A DNA stretch of 64,000 nt from Spirochaetia bacterium (GTDB lineage Bacteria; Spirochaetota; Spirochaetia; DSM-27196; Salinispiraceae), in assembly GCA_038204425.1 (NCBI GenBank), contig JBBRCZ010000002.1, positions 192,001 to 256,000 of the forward strand, given 5' to 3'. Below, piece after piece: positions 61,015 through 64,000 of this stretch. The notes beneath the pieces were generated by a model, which worked only from the letters and a program-made list of their open reading frames with translations, made no database searches and had not been told where the DNA came from. The translations under genes were made by a program, and so were the position numbers. Position 1 is the stretch's first letter, and each line of letters starts with the position of its first letter.

Positions 61015-62043
61015 CTATACCGTTGTAGTCAGTTTTTTGACAAATTCGATGCGCTTACGTTCGTGATGAATGCCGCCGCCCTCGTGGCCATTGTAGCGAT
61101 AGACTTCAATATTCTTCTGCTTGCCGGCATAGTGATTGTAGGCGGCATAAACGGTGGAAGGTGGACAGACCTGATCCATCAGTGCCACTGAGAACAGGGC
61201 TGGGCAGCGCGAGCGCTTGGCAAAAACCACGCCATCAAAGTAGGACAGAGTGCCAAACACACTGTCTTCCAGACCAGTATGGCTGCGCAAAAAACCGTTT
61301 ATCTCAGCGTAGGGTAGACTGTTGGTTATCTCGCTTGCGCGCCTGAAGTGACACAAAAAAGGCACACTGGGCATGATGCCAAGAGGAAGCCTGTCGTCGA
61401 CTTCGGCTTTGACATCGGCGGATAGGCTATGCAAGATGCCGCTAGTTGCCAATGCAATGCCAGCACCTTGACTGTCGCCAGAAAGCATAATTTTTGCGGG
61501 GTCAATCTCTGTTCGAGCTGCTATGGTTTGGAATGCACGCACGGCGTCAGTAAAAACACGACGATAATAGTAGTTCCATGGGGACAGGATGCCACGCGTT
61601 AAAAACCCGGGAAACTGCGGGTGCAAGGGCTGTGGATCCTGGTCTGGTGTACTGCCACTAGACCAGTTGGCGCCTTGGCCACGGGTGTCCATTACAAGGA
61701 CCGCACACCCAGCAGCTGGCCACATGGTCCAGTCTTCCAACTCGCTGCGGCCACCGCCGTAGCCTACAAACACCATTATGCAAGGGATTTTTTCTTTGCC
61801 GCGCAGTTTTTTGACTGGCAAGATATACCAAGCTTTGATACGTTGCCCTTCAAAGCCAGCAAATTCTAGGTCATAGGCTTCTATGTTGGGCAAGTGGCTG
61901 CCGACGGGAGTAAAAACTGGCCTTTTGGAACGAGCCTGGGATGTACGAATAGTATCAATCCAAAACTCGTCAAAATCACCAGCTTCTAATACGCGCGGCA
62001 AATAAGTGCGAAGTTGTTCATCGGGTAGATCAAAAAATGCCAT
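61015..62043 (-). CDS. Acetylxylan esterase / cephalosporin-C deacetylase (CE7)
   Basis: DFDEFW, GYGG, MDTRGQG, GDSQG, DQVCPPSTVYAAYN, GHEGG. Confidence 0.92.
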   Translation of the reverse strand: MAFFDLPDEQLRTYLPRVLEAGDFDEFWIDTIRTSQARSKRPVFTPVGSHLPNIEAYDLEFAGFEGQRIKAWYILPVKKLRGKEKIPCIMVFVGYGGGRSELEDWTMWPAAGCAVLVMDTRGQGANWSSGSTPDQDPQPLHPQFPGFLTRGILSPWNYYYRRVFTDAVRAFQTIAARTEIDPAKIMLSGDSQGAGIALATSGILHSLSADVKAEVDDRLPLGIMPSVPFLCHFRRASEITNSLPYAEINGFLRSHTGLEDSVFGTLSYFDGVVFAKRSRCPALFSVALMDQVCPPSTVYAAYNHYAGKQKNIEVYRYNGHEGGGIHHERKRIEFVKKLTTTV

Positions 62044-62156
62044 GCTCAAGTCTCCTTGCAAGGTATATGCCACCTAATTGAGTGTAGCGCCAAAGTTTGT
62101 CTTGAACAAGCAGAGACTTGTCAGTTATACCTCATGAATGCCTATAGGAGCCTCGT

Positions 62157-63377
62157 GTGACAAAGATTCTGCCTAATTTAGCTTATATTCTTGACAATAG
62201 CGTCCAAGACTACGACTGGGGCGATCCAGATTACATCAAAGACTTTCTTGGCAATCCAAACAAAATAGCTGCAATTCAGGCCGAAGTCTGGATGGGTGCT
62301 CATCCCAAAGCTCCATCTAAACTTTTTATAGGTAAACAAGTACACAGCTTAAATGCACTTATAGCCGAGGATGCAACAACTTGGCTGGGCAAAAAAGCCT
62401 TGGATCTTGGCTGGCAGGAGCTGCCGTTTTTGTTTAAGCTGCTTGCCGCCCGAAAACCCTTGTCGATCCAGGCCCATCCAAGCTTGCAACGGGCGCGACA
62501 AGGTTTTGCCGAAGAAAACGCAGCTGGAATACCGTTGTCTGCAGGCCATCGCAACTTTAAAGATGCCAACCATAAGCCTGAGATTATCATCGCCTTGAGC
62601 GATTTTTGCGGATTGTGTGGTTTTAGAGCATTTGAAGAAATTGCTAAAGATCTTAGCTGGTGTGCCCAAGACGCCTTAGAACAGGAGCAAAAAGTAGCAG
62701 CCGAGCTTTTGACCAAACTTGCTAATACGGCCAACTTGGGCGACTTGGCGCAGCTAACGCAAGAAATTTTGCAAGTCGACTCTGGTTTACAAGAACTGAT
62801 TGGGTCTCTTTGCCGCAGTGCTGAAAGTCGAAATGAAGAACGATTTAAACTTATGCTTTTGGCGGCAGAATACTTTCCAGCTGATCGCGGCCTGTTATTC
62901 TTTTTGGTGCTAGAAATTTTACAACTCAAAGCGGGACAATCGTTTTTTGCTCCAGCTGGCGTATTGCATGCCTATATCAAGGGTTTTGGCATGGAGCTGA
63001 TGGCCAACTCTGACAACGTGCTACGCGGCGGATTAACACCCAAGCACATTGACGTAAAAGAGTTAATGACCTGCCTCGACGTTGGTGCAAAGGCTGGATT
63101 ATTAGAACCGGTTATAAAAGGTGATGCAAAAGTGTACGCTGCGCCAGTGAAGGAATTTTGCTTTGCTAGCTACCAAGCAGAAGCAAGTTTTTTGACCTCG
63201 CACATGGGAGAGATAGTCCTCTGTAGCGCCGGGCAAGGCGACCTGTATTTGAGTGGCCATGGTCAAGAACAAAGTATGCACTTTAGCCAAGGACAGGCAG
63301 TTTACGTTTTGCCTCATTGTAGTTCAGTAAGTTTGAGCAAGGGATTAAGCATCGCGCGCGCCTTTATACCCGGTTAG
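62157..63377 (+). CDS. manA: Mannose-6-phosphate isomerase, class I
   Basis: QDYDWG, AEVWMGAHP, LPFLFKLL, PLSIQAHP, DANHKPE, HAY, ELMANSDNVLRGGLTPKHID. Confidence 0.95.
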   Translation: MTKILPNLAYILDNSVQDYDWGDPDYIKDFLGNPNKIAAIQAEVWMGAHPKAPSKLFIGKQVHSLNALIAEDATTWLGKKALDLGWQELPFLFKLLAARKPLSIQAHPSLQRARQGFAEENAAGIPLSAGHRNFKDANHKPEIIIALSDFCGLCGFRAFEEIAKDLSWCAQDALEQEQKVAAELLTKLANTANLGDLAQLTQEILQVDSGLQELIGSLCRSAESRNEERFKLMLLAAEYFPADRGLLFFLVLEILQLKAGQSFFAPAGVLHAYIKGFGMELMANSDNVLRGGLTPKHIDVKELMTCLDVGAKAGLLEPVIKGDAKVYAAPVKEFCFASYQAEASFLTSHMGEIVLCSAGQGDLYLSGHGQEQSMHFSQGQAVYVLPHCSSVSLSKGLSIARAFIPG

Positions 63378-63493
63378 TACCGTTACTAAGTAGTTAATAA
63401 AAGCAAATATTTAAATAAATATCTCCAAAAAAATACATAGAATTTGACAATTACTATTCTACTCAAAATCAATGAAATATAGACAAAAATCAT

Positions 63494-63523
63494 TTGACGG
63501 ATCCTAAATTCTGCTCATATAAT
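63494..63523 (+). promoter_or_regulatory. Sigma70-type promoter
   Basis: TTGACG-18-TATAAT in an AT-rich intergenic region. Confidence 0.55.
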
Positions 63524-63647
63524 GATTTTTATCCAATTAAAAATAGTTTTGTACCACTATGAGTCTGTTGTTCTTCGTTGAAGTAAGCCAGATTCCTGCA
63601 GTAAGCAAGCGACGTTTCCTGCAGCAAAAACGTTTTGGGAGTAGGAA

Positions 63648-64000
63648 ATGAAGAAGCAAAGTAGTTTCGGCTTAACCCTTGTTGGCTTGGCCGCGCTTTT
63701 TTCTGTATTGACAGCGTGTGACATTAGCCAAACGCCATTTGACGCAAACGCATCAAGTGGCAGCACTGACAGCCGAGCAGCGGTTACGCTCGTGCACGTT
63801 GCGCCTTCGGGAAGTGATGTAACAGGAACTGGTTTTGCAAGCCAGCCCTACAAAACCTTGGCCTACGCTGCCAGCAAGGCAACATGGGGAAACACCATAA
63901 AGCTGAGCGCCGGTACGTTTATAGAAACTGAACCAGCACTTGTTGCTCTAGGGGTAAGTATTGAAGGTGCGGGCGAGGCCTTGACTATCCTTAAGTCAGG
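63648..64000 (+). CDS. Lipoprotein with DUF1565/beta-helix start, paralog of 47236 gene; truncated by window end
   Basis: Not in the ORF track; MKKQSSFGLTLVGLAALFSVLTA-C...VHVAPSGSDVTGTG..SQPYKTL..AASKA..GNTIKLSAGTFIET...LGVSIEGAG. Confidence 0.85.
   Translation, partial: MKKQSSFGLTLVGLAALFSVLTACDISQTPFDANASSGSTDSRAAVTLVHVAPSGSDVTGTGFASQPYKTLAYAASKATWGNTIKLSAGTFIETEPALVALGVSIEGAGEALTILKS

Noticed and set aside
248..63766. Numerous 60-210 aa ORFs antisense to or nested in annotated genes
   Set aside because: Shadow ORFs with no recognisable motifs, overlapping well-supported genes
1..64000. CRISPR array, rRNA, intact prophage or intact transposase
   Set aside because: No regularly spaced repeat-spacer series, rRNA-like sequence, structural phage genes or full-length transposase was seen

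Overview
64 kb of bacterial chromosome, most likely from a free-living spirochaete (inferred from the stand-alone FliG paralog, the short AlaS and the DctP/fused-DctQM TRAP type). It is mostly intact housekeeping, signalling and metabolic genes. These include c-di-GMP enzymes, a hybrid HisKA_2 kinase, rbgA, htrA, alaS, ppc, a sufT-C-B-D-Rieske-sua5 operon with an IscR-type operator, and a xylose/hemicellulose locus (xylA-xylB-tkt, galM, CE4 and CE7 esterases, manA, two beta-helix lipoproteins). Two regions stand out. (1) A tightly coupled operon (5535-8507) in which an orphan phosphate-ABC ATPase PstB, without pstSCA, sits inside an anti-anti-sigma / anti-sigma kinase / CBS-PP2C partner-switching module; it is a candidate phosphate-sensing signalling system. 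(2) A decaying ~8 kb island (12396-20443) next to tRNA-Arg(CCT), bounded by 36-bp imperfect direct repeats. It carries IS21 and tyrosine-recombinase debris (an IS3 remnant lies just outside its left edge), a polymorphic-toxin tip, an orphan antitoxin, three paralogs with a G(K/Y)(L/I)HR..PA motif, an intact PPK2-flavoprotein pair, and an intact 332-aa ORF that looks by eye like a remote homolog of the replication-terminator protein Tus. All calls come from motif recognition by eye; no database searches were run.
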